From Candidatus Eiseniibacteriota bacterium (GTDB taxonomy: Bacteria > Eisenbacteria > RBG-16-71-46): a stretch of DNA of 64,000 nucleotides. A model generated the notes under the pieces. The model had not been told where the DNA came from and searched no databases. It saw nothing but the letters and a program-made list of their open reading frames with translations. This document shows positions 30,045-40,235 of the stretch, piece by piece. Each line of letters begins with the position of its first letter. Within the stretch, counting starts at the first letter, position 1. The stretch spans positions 5,536 through 69,535 of the forward strand of contig JBGQIE010000001.1 of the NCBI GenBank assembly GCA_041498315.1. The letters are read 5' to 3'. A program made the position numbers and the translations under genes.

Positions 30045-31130
30045 TCATTGGACCAGGCCGCCCGCGGCGCGGTCCATCTCGCGCATGTCGATGGCGGCGC
30101 GCAGCTTTTCGAGCGCCCGCGCTTCGATCTGGCGCACCCGCTCGCGCGAGATCCCGAAGTGCTGGCCGGTCTGGGCCAGGGTGCGCGCCGCGCCGTCCAG
30201 GAATCCGTAGCGGATGCGCAGGATCTGCTCCTCGCGCTGCGAGAGCGAGCGCAGCAGGACGTCGACCTTCTCGCTCTCGAGCTGGAGCTCGACCAGCCGT
30301 TCGACCGACAGCGGCGCCTGGCCCAGATCCTCGGCGGTGAGCTGCTCGAACGCCTCCATGTTGGAGCCCTCGTCGAGCGAGCGCAGTCCCGCGAGCAGCC
30401 CGGCGAGCCGGCGGGCGCGCTCGGGCGCGATCTTCAGAAGCTGCCCGACTTCGTCGGGCAGCGGCTCGCGGCCCAGCGAGGCGCGCAGCGAGCGCTCGGC
30501 GCGCGAGTAGCGGTGAATCTGCTGGAACATCTGGACCGGGATGCGCACCGAGCGCGACTGCTCGGCCACGCCGCGCAGGATGGACTGGCGGATCCAGAGC
30601 GCGGCGTAGGTGCTGAAGCGCAGGCCGCGCTCGGGCTGGAAGCCGTCCGCGGCGTGGATGAGGCCGAGATTGCCCTCCTCGATCAGGTCGAGGAGCGGCA
30701 GTCCGCGGTTGCGGTAGCCGCGCGCGATGTGGACGACCAGCCGCAGGTTGCCGAGGATCATCCGCTTGCGCGCCTGCGGGTCGCCGGCGCGGGCGCGCCG
30801 CGCCAGCTCGAGCAGCTCGGGGTGCGGGATGAGCGGGATGCGGCCGATCTCGCGCAGGTAGAGCTCGACCAGGTCGCGCTCCGGCGCCCGGCCGTCCACG
30901 GCGCGCGGCCCGGCGTCGGACTCGGGGGCTTCCGCAGGCTCGGCTTCCTCGGGCAGCCGGATGCCGGCGCGCCCGGCCTGGACCCGGAAGCGCTCGAAAG
31001 CCCGATCGTCGAACTCGGGATCGACGAGCAGGGCTTCGTACTCGGGCAGCGAAAGCTCGCCGCGGCGCCCGGCCGCGGCCAACGCGGCTTCGAGGCGATC
31101 GGCAAAGCGCGACAGCTCCGGTGGGGCCAT
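30045..31130 (-). CDS. RNA polymerase sigma factor, sigma-70 family (RpoD/RpoS-like, regions 1.2-4)
   Basis: [16 protein letters not shown] (region 1.2), region 2.4 GLIHAADGF, and region 4 [27 protein letters not shown]. The ATG at 31128-31130 has a GAGGA Shine-Dalgarno sequence. Confidence 0.8.
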   Translation of the reverse strand: MAPPELSRFADRLEAALAAAGRRGELSLPEYEALLVDPEFDDRAFERFRVQAGRAGIRLPEEAEPAEAPESDAGPRAVDGRAPERDLVELYLREIGRIPLIPHPELLELARRARAGDPQARKRMILGNLRLVVHIARGYRNRGLPLLDLIEEGNLGLIHAADGFQPERGLRFSTYAALWIRQSILRGVAEQSRSVRIPVQMFQQIHRYSRAERSLRASLGREPLPDEVGQLLKIAPERARRLAGLLAGLRSLDEGSNMEAFEQLTAEDLGQAPLSVERLVELQLESEKVDVLLRSLSQREEQILRIRYGFLDGAARTLAQTGQHFGISRERVRQIEARALEKLRAAIDMREMDRAAGGLVQ

Positions 31131-31144
31131 CGGTCGTCCTCGCG

Positions 31145-31414
31145 TCATGCGCTGTGAAAGCCCCGGTGACGGGGCGGTCCCTCGCTCACATCCTCCACGA
31201 CCTGCTCGACGCGGGACCCGAGGGGCCCGCGCCGCACCGCGGCCGCAAACTCCGCCAGGGCTCCGGGGCCGCCCTCGGCTTCGACCTCGACCGAGCCGTC
31301 GGGCCGGTTGCGCACCGTGCCCGCGAGACCCAGCGCCCGCGCCTCGCGGGTCACGAAGTGGCGGAAACCCACCCCCTGGACGCGGCCGTGGACGACGAGG
31401 TGGATGCGGTTCAT
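31145..31414 (-). CDS. acyP: acylphosphatase
   Basis: [13 protein letters not shown] signature. Confidence 0.85.
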   Translation of the reverse strand: MNRIHLVVHGRVQGVGFRHFVTREARALGLAGTVRNRPDGSVEVEAEGGPGALAEFAAAVRRGPLGSRVEQVVEDVSEGPPRHRGFHSA

Positions 31415-31546
31415 GGGCTGGCGGGTCCGCCTGGGCCTCTCCCCGCCAGCATGCGCCAGGAGGCCGAGGGGGTGTCAAGCGGGCGGCCGCCGCCGCGGCG
31501 CGCGGACGGTGCCGCGCAATCGCGCGACGGCGGCCGCCCTGGAAAA

Positions 31547-31623
<77 letters not shown>

Positions 31624-31627
31624 ACGA

Positions 31628-32275
31628 TCACGACTCCTTCGCCTCGGGAGGCCGATGCTCGTCCCGCCACGCGTCCCGGCCCACGAGCGGCACGAAGCGG
31701 CACTCCCCGTGCCGCCGTCGCTCCCAGCGGCCGCCCGGGAGGCGTCGCCAGGTTTCGAGGTGCTGGAACTGTGGGCCGCCGACCGGGATGACCAGCAGTC
31801 CCCGCTCGCCCAACTGCCCGCGCAGAGCCCTGGGCACACGGGGCGCGGCTGCGGCGACGAGCACCCTATCATAGGGCGCAAACTCGGACCAACCCAGACT
31901 GCCGTCGCCCGCCAGCAGCCGCACGTTGCTCGCGCCGAAGGCCGCGAGACGCTCGCGCGCGGCCTCGAGCAGGCTCTCGAGCCGCTCGATGCTGAACACC
32001 TCGCGGGCGAGTCGCGAGAGCAGGAGCGTCTGGTAGCCGGTGCCGGTGCCGATCTCGAGCACGCGGTGGGTGGCGGCGACCTCGAGCAGCTCGAGCATGC
32101 GCCCGACCATGTAGGGCTGCGAGATGGTCTGGCCCGCCAGGCTCGGCAGCGCCCAGTCGCCGTAGGCGCGCTCGCGCAGGTCGGGCGCGACGAACCCGTG
32201 GCGCGGGATCTCGTCCATGACCGCGAGGACGCGCTCGTCGCGCACGCCGCGGGCGCGCAGCTGCTCCTCGACCAT
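31628..32275 (-). CDS. pcm: protein-L-isoaspartate O-methyltransferase
   Basis: VLEIGTGTGYQT motif I. Its stop abuts the tRNA-Pro 5' end. Confidence 0.85.
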   Translation of the reverse strand: MVEEQLRARGVRDERVLAVMDEIPRHGFVAPDLRERAYGDWALPSLAGQTISQPYMVGRMLELLEVAATHRVLEIGTGTGYQTLLLSRLAREVFSIERLESLLEAARERLAAFGASNVRLLAGDGSLGWSEFAPYDRVLVAAAAPRVPRALRGQLGERGLLVIPVGGPQFQHLETWRRLPGGRWERRRHGECRFVPLVGRDAWRDEHRPPEAKES

Positions 32276-32325
32276 GCGGTGGCGCGGCTCGGCGGTGGCG
32301 TCGGGCCCGCCGTCGGACGGTCCGG

Positions 32326-33072
32326 TCAGGCCTCGAGATTCCACGACTGCATGCCTTCGAGCGCCCCGTCGTCGGTGAGATCGAGCCGCATCGGCGTCAC
32401 CGAGACGCGCCCCTCGCTCACGGCGTGGAAATCGGTGCCCGGCTGGGATTCCCACACCGGGTCCTCGCCGCCGATCCAGTAGTAGTCGCGGCCGCGCGGA
32501 TCGACCTTCTTGACCAGCGTGTCGCGATAGACGCGGCTTCCGAGCCGCGTGATCTGCACCCCCCCCACCTCGTTCCAGGGCCGGTGCGGGATGTTGACGT
32601 TGAGGAGCTGGCGGCGCGGCAGGCCGTGGTCGAGGACGTGACGCGTGAGGCGCGCGATGAAGCGAGCGGGCTCGATGAAGTCCGCCGGCTCCCGGGTCGC
32701 GAGCGAGGCGGCGATCGACGGCGCCCCCTGGAGCGTGCCCTCGATCGCCGCGGCCACCGTGCCCGAATAGAACACGTCCTCGCCCATGTTGGGCCCGTGG
32801 TTGATGCCCGAGATGACCAGATCGGGCGAGCCCTCGAGCAGGCCGTAGTACGCGGTGACGACGCAATCGGTGGGCGTGCCGTCCACGCTGTAGGAGTCCT
32901 CCTCGTGCTTGCGGATGCGGAACGGCCGGTTGAGGGTGAGCGAGTGCGAGGTCGCGCTCTGATCGCGGTCGGGCGCCACGATGATGACGCGCCCGAATGG
33001 CTTGAGCTCGTGCTTGAGGCGCTGGAGCGCGGGCGCGAAGATGCCGTCGTCGTTGGTGAGCAGGACGATCAT
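32326..33072 (-). CDS. surE: 5'/3'-nucleotidase SurE
   Basis: MIVLLTNDDGI N-terminus and GTPTDCV motif. Confidence 0.9.
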   Translation of the reverse strand: MIVLLTNDDGIFAPALQRLKHELKPFGRVIIVAPDRDQSATSHSLTLNRPFRIRKHEEDSYSVDGTPTDCVVTAYYGLLEGSPDLVISGINHGPNMGEDVFYSGTVAAAIEGTLQGAPSIAASLATREPADFIEPARFIARLTRHVLDHGLPRRQLLNVNIPHRPWNEVGGVQITRLGSRVYRDTLVKKVDPRGRDYYWIGGEDPVWESQPGTDFHAVSEGRVSVTPMRLDLTDDGALEGMQSWNLEA

Positions 33073-33812
33073 GCCGCCTGCCCCCGCTCTCCCGCGGCGC
33101 CGCGCGTGTCCGCGAGCGCGCGCGCGGCCGCGCGCATGCGCGCGGGAGGCGACCAGCCCTCGACCGTGAGCCGCGCCATGGTGCCGACGATGCGCGGCAC
33201 GTCGCGGAACGGATGGATGAGGCTGCGCTCCTCCCCGTACACGGTGGGGATCTCGACCTGGGCGAGCCGGAATCCCAGCCGTGCCGCCCGCACGACCATC
33301 TCGGTCTCGACCTCGTAGCGCCCCGGCGTGAGCGGGGTGTGGGCGAGCACCGCGCGGCGGTGGAGCCGGTAGCCGGACTGGCTGTCGCCCACCGGCTGTC
33401 CGGCGAGCCAGGTCGCCCAGCCGGAGGAGAACCCGTTCGCGAACCGGCGGGCGGCCGGCATGTCGGTCGAGCGCCGGCGGCAGCCCAGGACGAGGTCGGC
33501 CCCCGCCTCGGCGGCCCGCACGAACTCCGGCAGGCATTCGGGCGGATGCTGGCCGTCGGCGTCCAGCGAGACCACCGCGTCGTAGTCAAAGAGTGAGGCG
33601 AAGCCGGCGAGCAGCGCGTGCCCCTTGCCGCGGTTGGCCGCGAACGACAGCACGCGGGCGCCGAACTGGCGCGCGACCTGGGCGGTCGCGTCGCGCGAGC
33701 CGTCGTCCACGACCAGCACGTCGGGTGCCGGATCGAGCGCCGCGAGCCCCAGCAGCACCTCCCCCAGGTGCGCGGCGGCCTGGTAGGCCGGGATGAGGGC
33801 CGCGACGCGCAT
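33069..33812 (-). CDS. family 2 glycosyltransferase (DPM1/polyprenol-phosphate sugar transferase-like)
   Basis: IPAYQ, VVDDGSRD and DADGQHP motifs. The stop overlaps the surE ATG (ATGA). Confidence 0.8.
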   Translation of the reverse strand: MRVAALIPAYQAAAHLGEVLLGLAALDPAPDVLVVDDGSRDATAQVARQFGARVLSFAANRGKGHALLAGFASLFDYDAVVSLDADGQHPPECLPEFVRAAEAGADLVLGCRRRSTDMPAARRFANGFSSGWATWLAGQPVGDSQSGYRLHRRAVLAHTPLTPGRYEVETEMVVRAARLGFRLAQVEIPTVYGEERSLIHPFRDVPRIVGTMARLTVEGWSPPARMRAAARALADTRGAAGERGQAA

Positions 33813-34675
33813 CAGTGGAGCGCCTCGGGCACCGCCTCGAAGGCGCACCACTGTTCCGGGTGGCGGAGCAACAGCCGGCGCAGGATGGCGCCCAGGTCCG
33901 CGCCGGGCGCGGCGGCGCCGGCCGGGGCCCCGGCGTCCGGGCGGGCGGGCGCGAACGCCGGCTCGAAGCAGGCGGCGTAGCGTCGGCCGGGCAGGTGGAT
34001 CATGACCGCGGGGAGCACGAGCGCTCCGGTGCGGCGCGCCAGGGCCGCCGCGAAGGCGCAGGCGGACGCCGAGCGCCGGCGGGCTTCGCCCGTGGTGCGG
34101 CCCAGCGCCGGCCGGTCGGCCATCACCGCGACCCACTCGCCGCGCCGCAGCACCCGCGCCGCCTCGCTCCACGAGGCGCGCGCGGGCAGCATCGAGACCC
34201 CCCAGGCGCGGCGCAGGCGCCGGAACCAGCGCTCCACATGCGGGTTCGCGTGCGCACGCGCGACGACGTGGACCCGGGGACCGTTCGCGGCGAGCCAGGC
34301 CGCGCCCCATTCCCAGTTGCCGAGGTGGGCGGAGACCACGATGACGCCGCGCCCGGCGGCGCGCGCGGCCTCGAGGTGCTCGCGGCCGCGGATCTCGATC
34401 GCGCCCGCGAGGGTCTCGGGAGCCATCGAGTCGAGGCGCAGGAAGTCGCTGAAGGCGAGCGCGAAATGCTCGAAGGATTCGCGCGCCCGCGCGCGGATGG
34501 CATGGCGCGGCACGCCGCCCAGCAGGCGCGCGAGGTTGGCCTCCTGGGCGCGTCGCGCCGGGAGCCCGGCATGGAACGCCAGCCGTGCCAGGGCGACGCA
34601 CAGGCGGTCGGCGAGCCCGGGCGGCACGAGGCGCACCACCAGGTCGGCCGCGCGATAGGCCACCCAGGCGAACAT
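33812..34675 (-). CDS. lysophospholipid/lipid A acyltransferase (LPLAT, HtrB/LpxL-like)
   Basis: HLGNWE catalytic motif. The stop overlaps the GT2 start by 1 nt. Confidence 0.7.
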   Translation of the reverse strand: MFAWVAYRAADLVVRLVPPGLADRLCVALARLAFHAGLPARRAQEANLARLLGGVPRHAIRARARESFEHFALAFSDFLRLDSMAPETLAGAIEIRGREHLEAARAAGRGVIVVSAHLGNWEWGAAWLAANGPRVHVVARAHANPHVERWFRRLRRAWGVSMLPARASWSEAARVLRRGEWVAVMADRPALGRTTGEARRRSASACAFAAALARRTGALVLPAVMIHLPGRRYAACFEPAFAPARPDAGAPAGAAAPGADLGAILRRLLLRHPEQWCAFEAVPEALH

Positions 34676-34774
34676 CGTCAGCAGCCACCTCGAGGTTGGC
34701 GGACGGGTCGGACGGCGGGTGCCGGGAGCCACGCAGGGTCCGGGAGGCGAGCCCGCAGCTCGTGCGGAAAGAAA

Positions 34775-34851
34775 TGGTCGGGGCGACTGGATTTGAACCA
34801 GCGACCACCTGCCCCCCATGCAGGTGCGCTACCGGGCTGCGCTACGCCCCG
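34775..34851 (-). tRNA. tRNA-Pro (anticodon GGG)
   Basis: 77 nt, with the same acceptor and D-arm as the CGG isoacceptor, anticodon loop AUGGGGG, and encoded CCA. Confidence 0.9.
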
Positions 34852-34935
34852 ACCCAGGGGTGTCCGATGGCTCGGACGCACCATCAATCTAGGCCAGTCG
34901 GGCCGCCAGGGCAAGTCGTCCGCCCTCCCGCGGCT

Positions 34936-35307
34936 TCAGCCCTGCCGCAGCTTACCGAGGAGCTGTTTGAGCTCGCTCCTGACCTCGTGGAGGACGACCT
35001 TGCGGTCGGCCGCGGTGGCGCCGGCGATCTCGGTGGGCGGATCCTTGCGCTGGTCGAGCAGCCGCCGGCGGGCACCCGCGATCGTGAAGCGGCGCCCGTA
35101 CAGGAGCTCCTTGATCTGCATCAGGAGCTTGACCTCGTCGGGACGGTACATGCGGTTGCCGGCGCGATTCTTCTTGGGGCGCAGCATGCTGAACTGGGTT
35201 TCCCAGTAGCGCAGCACGTGCGCCTTCACGCCCACCATCTCGCTGACTTCGCTGATCGATCGATAGAGCTTGGACTCGGGCTGGATCTCGGTCTTGAGCG
35301 GCGCCAA
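34936..35307 (-). CDS. MerR family transcriptional regulator (small, HTH only)
   Basis: YRSISEVSEMVGVKAHVLRYWE HTH_MerR signature. The TTG start is tentative. Confidence 0.6.
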   Translation of the reverse strand: MAPLKTEIQPESKLYRSISEVSEMVGVKAHVLRYWETQFSMLRPKKNRAGNRMYRPDEVKLLMQIKELLYGRRFTIAGARRRLLDQRKDPPTEIAGATAADRKVVLHEVRSELKQLLGKLRQG

Positions 35308-35345
35308 CGTGTCCCCCTCTCCCTGGCTCCCGCGGCTCTCGCGCC

Positions 35346-36332
35346 TCAGGTCTCGCGCTTCAAGTCTCTCGACATCAGGCGCCCGAGCGCATCGCGCGGG
35401 CTCAGATTCTCGAACAACATCGCGCATACCTGCTCGGTGATCGGCAGCTCGATCCCGTGACGGGCCCCCAGGTCGCGCGCGGCGCGTGCGGTGTGCACGC
35501 CCTCGGCGACCATGACCATCGAGGCCAGGATGTGATCGAGCCGCTCGCCGCGACCGATCCGCTCCCCCACCCCCCGGTTCCGGCTGTGGCGGCTGATCGC
35601 GGTGACGATCAGGTCGCCCATCCCGGTGAGCCCGAAAAACGTCTCGCGCCGGCCGCCCATCGCCACCCCGAGCCGCGCGATCTCGGCCAGCCCGCGCGTC
35701 AGCAGCGCGGCCTTCGTGTTGTCTCCGAACCCGAGCCCGTCGCTCACACCGGCCGCCACGGCCACCACGTTCTTGAGCGCCGCGCCGTACTCGCATCCCG
35801 CGACGTCATCGTTCGTGTACACCCGGAACGCCGGCGACGAGCACAGGGCCTGGACGATGCCGGCCCGCACGTGATCCCGCGCCGCGGCGACCACCGAGGT
35901 GGGGATGCCGCGGCTCACTTCCTCGGCGTGGCTCGGACCGGTGAGCACCACCGGGGCGTCCACCCCGAGGCTCTCGATCAGCACCTCGCTCATGCGCTTG
36001 AGGCTGCCGAGCTCGAGGCCCTTCGCCGCGCACACCGGCAGCGCCTTGCAACCGGCCTCGAGCACCTGCGCCGCCACGCCGCGCACCGCCTGGGAGGGCA
36101 CCGCGAACAGCACCACCTCGGCGCCCGCGAGCGCCGCCTTGAGTTCCGGCTGAACCTTAACGCCATCGTGGAGCTTGATGCCAGGCAAAAACTTCCGATT
36201 CTCGCGCTCGGCGTCGAGCTGGGCCAGATCGGAGCGGACGTTGCCCCAGATGCGGGCCTCGTGGCCGCCGCGCGCGAGCAGGTCGGCGAGCGTGGTGCCC
36301 CACGAGCCGGCGCCCAGGATCGCGACCTTCAC
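35346..36332 (-). CDS. gpsA: NAD(P)H-dependent glycerol-3-phosphate dehydrogenase
   Basis: VKVAILGAGSWGT Rossmann N-terminus with the GpsA pattern. GTG start. Confidence 0.9.
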   Translation of the reverse strand: MKVAILGAGSWGTTLADLLARGGHEARIWGNVRSDLAQLDAERENRKFLPGIKLHDGVKVQPELKAALAGAEVVLFAVPSQAVRGVAAQVLEAGCKALPVCAAKGLELGSLKRMSEVLIESLGVDAPVVLTGPSHAEEVSRGIPTSVVAAARDHVRAGIVQALCSSPAFRVYTNDDVAGCEYGAALKNVVAVAAGVSDGLGFGDNTKAALLTRGLAEIARLGVAMGGRRETFFGLTGMGDLIVTAISRHSRNRGVGERIGRGERLDHILASMVMVAEGVHTARAARDLGARHGIELPITEQVCAMLFENLSPRDALGRLMSRDLKRET

Positions 36333-36976
36333 GACGCGCGCTCCGACCGGGCGGGGCGGAACGTGAAGCGACGCTCCTGGCCGCGCGCGAGCCGGCCGAT
36401 GTTGTCGCGATGGCGCAGGATGACGAGGACGGCGACCAGCGCCCCGAAGATCGCCGACGGGCTCGCCGGGCCTCGCAGCAGCGCGAGCGTCACGGCGAAG
36501 GCGACGGCGCCCAGCATCGAGCCGACCGAGATGAACCGGGTCGCGCCAACCGCGACCGCGAACACCGCGACGAAGACCGCGAAGGCCGGCGGGCTCAGGG
36601 CGAGCAGCACCCCGGTCGTGGTCGCCACCCCCTTGCCGCCGCGGAAGCGCGCGAAGACCGTCCACAGGTGTCCGGCGATCGCGGCCAGGCCGACCGCCAC
36701 CCGGCACCACTCCGCCCCCCCCGGGAACTGCGCGCCGAGCCTCGAGCCGGCGACGAGCCAGACCGGCAGCGCCCCCTTCGCCATGTCGAGGACCAGGGTC
36801 GCGATCCCGATCCCGGGCCCGAGCGAGCGGTAGACGTTCGTGGCGCCGAGATTCCCCGAGCCCAGGGTGCGGACGTCCGCCCCGCGCAGCCCCAGGCCGA
36901 GCCACAGCCCGAAGGGCAGCGAGCCGCACAAGTAGCCGATGGCGATCGGGATCAGGACGGCGAGGGCGGGGCTCAT
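36329..36976 (-). CDS. plsY: glycerol-3-phosphate acyltransferase PlsY
   Basis: LCGSLPFG and GSGNLGATN motifs, with 5 TM helices. Overlaps the gpsA start. Confidence 0.9.
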   Translation of the reverse strand: MSPALAVLIPIAIGYLCGSLPFGLWLGLGLRGADVRTLGSGNLGATNVYRSLGPGIGIATLVLDMAKGALPVWLVAGSRLGAQFPGGAEWCRVAVGLAAIAGHLWTVFARFRGGKGVATTTGVLLALSPPAFAVFVAVFAVAVGATRFISVGSMLGAVAFAVTLALLRGPASPSAIFGALVAVLVILRHRDNIGRLARGQERRFTFRPARSERAS

Positions 36977-36981
36977 GGCGG

Positions 36982-38289
36982 TCAGTCGCTCTTGCGCACG
37001 CGCAGGCGCACCGGCGTGCCGTGGAAGTCGAACGCCGCGGTGAGCTGGAGCCACAGGTAGCGCCGGTAGTTCTCGGAGAGGCGCGAGGGGGCGTTGACGA
37101 ACAGCGTGAACTCGGGCGGCCCCACGCCGGTCTGGGTCATGTAGTAGATGCGCGCGATGCGTCCGAGCCGCGTGCTCGGGGCCGCGCGGCGGCGCTGGAC
37201 GTCCTTGAGCCAGTCGTTGAGCCGCGAGGTCGGGATCTTGCGCTGGTGCTCGGCGACGCGCTTGAGGAGCACCTGGGGCAGCTTGGTCAGGTGCAGGCGC
37301 GCGGTCGCCGAGATCGGGATCGCGGGCAGGTCGCCCAGCGTCGGGTAGCGATCCTCGCGCTGCTCGGTGAGCGTCTTCCACGCCTGCTCGCGATTCTCGA
37401 TGAGATCCCACTTGTTGTAGGCGAGCAGCACCGAGCACCCGGCCTCGAAGGAGTTCTGGACCAGGCGGGCTTCCTGGCGCTGGAAGCCGGCGCCCGCGTC
37501 CACGACCAGGCAGGCGACGTCGGCGCGCTCGAGCGCGTGGAGGGCGCGGAGGGTGGCGTAGAACTCGGGCTGGTCCTCGAAGTGGGCCTGGCGGCGGATG
37601 CCGGCGGTGTCCACCAGGACGAACTCGCCCGCGGGGGTGAGCCAGCGCGCGTCCACCGCGTCCATCGTGGTGCCGGGCTGGGGCTCGACGATCATGCGCG
37701 ATTCGCCGAGCAGCGCGTTGACGATCGAGGACTTGCCCACGTTGGGACGCCCGATGATGGCGATGCGCGCGCGCGGCTCGTGCTCGGCGGCGCCCTCGGC
37801 CGGCAGGCGGGCCACGATCAGGTCGAGCAGGTCGCCGATGCCGAGGCCGCTCTCGGAGGAAATCGGGATGGGCTCGCCCAGACCGAGCCGGTGGAACTCG
37901 TGGACGATCGGATCGCCGACCTTGTCCACCTTGTTGACGACCACGAGCGCCCCACCGTGGCGCCGCAGGTTCTGGGCGATCGAGAGATCGAGATCGGTGA
38001 GCCCGCTGCGGGCATCCACCATGAAGATCACGAGCTGCGAGAGCCCGATCGCGATCTCGGCCTGACGGCGCACCTCGGCGTCGCGCCCTTCGAGCGCGGT
38101 GGGCAGGAATCCGCCGGTGTCCACGAGCATGAACGAGCGCCCGGCCCACTCGGCGCGCGCGGTATTGCGATCGCGCGTGATGCCGGGGCGGTCGTGGACC
38201 ACGGCGCGGCGCTCGCCCAGGACGCGGTTGAAAAACGTCGATTTGCCGACGTTGGGCCGTCCAATGATCGCGACCACGGGAGTGGACAA
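36982..38289 (-). CDS. der: ribosome biogenesis GTPase Der (EngA)
   Basis: Two tandem GTPase domains (GRPNVGKS twice) plus a KH-like C-terminus. The TTG start is chosen downstream of the tRNA-Gly. Confidence 0.9.
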   Translation of the reverse strand: MSTPVVAIIGRPNVGKSTFFNRVLGERRAVVHDRPGITRDRNTARAEWAGRSFMLVDTGGFLPTALEGRDAEVRRQAEIAIGLSQLVIFMVDARSGLTDLDLSIAQNLRRHGGALVVVNKVDKVGDPIVHEFHRLGLGEPIPISSESGLGIGDLLDLIVARLPAEGAAEHEPRARIAIIGRPNVGKSSIVNALLGESRMIVEPQPGTTMDAVDARWLTPAGEFVLVDTAGIRRQAHFEDQPEFYATLRALHALERADVACLVVDAGAGFQRQEARLVQNSFEAGCSVLLAYNKWDLIENREQAWKTLTEQREDRYPTLGDLPAIPISATARLHLTKLPQVLLKRVAEHQRKIPTSRLNDWLKDVQRRRAAPSTRLGRIARIYYMTQTGVGPPEFTLFVNAPSRLSENYRRYLWLQLTAAFDFHGTPVRLRVRKSD

Positions 38290-38366
38290 GCGTGCCGCCG
38301 GCAAGAGCCCCGGGGCGCCGGCCGAAGACCACCCGATCACCGGCGCGCCCAAAGCCAGGTGGAGAA

Positions 38367-38442
38367 TGGAGCGGGCAACGGGGTTCGAACCCGCGACCTC
38401 AAGCTTGGGAAGCTCGCGCTCTACCAACTGAGCTATGCCCGC
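38367..38442 (-). tRNA. tRNA-Gly (anticodon CCC)
   Basis: 76 nt: GCGGGCATAGCTCAGTTGGTAGAGC D-arm, anticodon loop UUCCCAA, T-arm GGTTCGAACCC, and encoded CCA. Confidence 0.9.
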
Positions 38443-38576
38443 ACGGGGAATGTGGCTTCAAGTCCAATCGAAGCTAGTGCCTCAACCCGATGGTGTCAAC
38501 GAGGCTGAGGCCTGCGCCCGAACCTCACGCTCGCGGCAGGCGGCGCGATGGCCCGGCGGGGCGTGATTGGGCTAGA

Positions 38577-40235
38577 GTGCCGAACGTGCAGACCATCCCC
38601 GACGTCGCGCGCGCGCTCGGACTCGACCCCGCCTTCCTCGACCCGTACGGGCACGACAAGGCCAAGGTCGCCCTGCGCGCGCTCGAGGGACGCGAGCCGC
38701 GCGGGCGGCTCATCCTGGTCTCGGCCATCACCCCCACGCCGGCCGGCGAGGGCAAGACCACCACTTCGATCGGCCTCGCCCAGGGGCTGGTCAGGAACGG
38801 CGTGCGCGCGGCGGTTGCGCTGCGCGAGCCCTCGCTCGGGCCCAACTTCGGGATCAAGGGGGGCGGGACGGGCGGCGGGCAGTCGCAGGTCGTGCCCTCC
38901 GACGACATCAACCTCCATTTCACGGGCGACTTCCACGCGGTGTCGACGGCCCACAACCTGCTTGCCGCCATGGTCGACAACCACCTCTATCACGGCAACG
39001 ACCTGGGGCTCGACTCGCGTCGCGTGCTGTGGCGGCGGGTGCTCGACATGAACGACCGGGCGCTGCGCGCCACCGTCATCGGGCTGGGCGGCCAGCGCGA
39101 GGGCGTGCCGCGCGAGACCGGCTTCGACATCTCAGCGGCGAGCGAGGTCATGGCCATCCTGTGCCTGTCGTCGGGCATCGAGGACCTCAAGCAGCGCCTG
39201 GGCCGGATCGTGGTGGGGTATCGCGGCGACGGCTCGCCGGTGCAGGCCCGCGACCTCGACGCCGTGGGGGCGATGGCCGCGCTACTGCGCGACGCCGTGA
39301 AGCCCAACCTGGTCCAGACCACCGAGGGAGTCCCGGCGCTGATCCACGGCGGACCGTTCGCGAACATCGCCCACGGCACCAACTCGATCACCGCCACGCG
39401 CCTGGCACTCGCCTACGCGGATGCGGTCGTGACCGAGGCGGGGTTCGCTTTCGAGCTCGGGGCGGAGAAGTTCTTCGACATCAACTGCCGCTACGGCGGC
39501 TTCTCTCCCTGCTGCACGGTCCTGGTCGCGACCCTGCGCGCCCTCAAGATGCACGGCGGCGTGCCGCTCGCGAACGTCGCCGCTCCCGATCCCGCCGCGG
39601 TCGAGAAGGGGCTCCCGAACCTCGAGAAGCACGTCGAGAACATCCGCAAGTTCGAGCAGAAGTGCGTGGTCGCGATCAACAGCTTCCCGACCGACACCGA
39701 GGACGAGATCGCCGTGGTCAAGGAGCGCTGCGACGTGCTCGGCCTCGCGGCGGTGGTCTCGAAGCCGTTCTCGGAGGGCGGCGCCGGCTGCCAGGCGCTG
39801 GCCGAGACGGTGTGGGCGGTCGCCCGCAAGGGCCGCCCCCACTTCAAGCCGCTCTACGACTGGAACGACTCGATCGAGCAGAAGATCCTGACCGTCGCCT
39901 CCGAGATGTACGGCGCCGAGGCGGTGGACTACCAGCTGCGGGCGCGGCGCGACAAGACCCAGCTCGAGAAGCTGGGCTACGCCCAGCTGCCGGTGTGCAT
40001 CGCGAAGACTCAGTCGTCGCTCTCCGACAACCCCGCGCTGCTGGGCCGGCCCAAGGACTTCCTGGTCACGGTGCGCGAGATCCAGCTCGCGGCCGGCGCC
40101 GGGTTCATCGTGCCCATCACCGGGGAGATCCTGCGCATGCCCGGGCTGCCCAAGGAGCCGCTCGCCGAGCGCTTCGATCTCTCGGAGCGGGGCGAAATCG
40201 TCTTCCGCCCGCCGGCCGCCGCCTCAGCGAAGTAG
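38577..40235 (+). CDS. fhs: formate--tetrahydrofolate ligase
   Basis: ITPTPAGEGKTTTSIGL P-loop region and overall FTHFS pattern. The GTG start is inferred. Confidence 0.9.
   Translation: MPNVQTIPDVARALGLDPAFLDPYGHDKAKVALRALEGREPRGRLILVSAITPTPAGEGKTTTSIGLAQGLVRNGVRAAVALREPSLGPNFGIKGGGTGGGQSQVVPSDDINLHFTGDFHAVSTAHNLLAAMVDNHLYHGNDLGLDSRRVLWRRVLDMNDRALRATVIGLGGQREGVPRETGFDISAASEVMAILCLSSGIEDLKQRLGRIVVGYRGDGSPVQARDLDAVGAMAALLRDAVKPNLVQTTEGVPALIHGGPFANIAHGTNSITATRLALAYADAVVTEAGFAFELGAEKFFDINCRYGGFSPCCTVLVATLRALKMHGGVPLANVAAPDPAAVEKGLPNLEKHVENIRKFEQKCVVAINSFPTDTEDEIAVVKERCDVLGLAAVVSKPFSEGGAGCQALAETVWAVARKGRPHFKPLYDWNDSIEQKILTVASEMYGAEAVDYQLRARRDKTQLEKLGYAQLPVCIAKTQSSLSDNPALLGRPKDFLVTVREIQLAAGAGFIVPITGEILRMPGLPKEPLAERFDLSERGEIVFRPPAAASAK

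Noticed and set aside
36982-38427. Full-length 481-aa der ORF extending upstream to 38427
   Set aside because: The 5' extension overlaps the tRNA-Gly(CCC) gene (38367..38442). The start was moved to the in-frame TTG at 38289, just before the first G1 P-loop.
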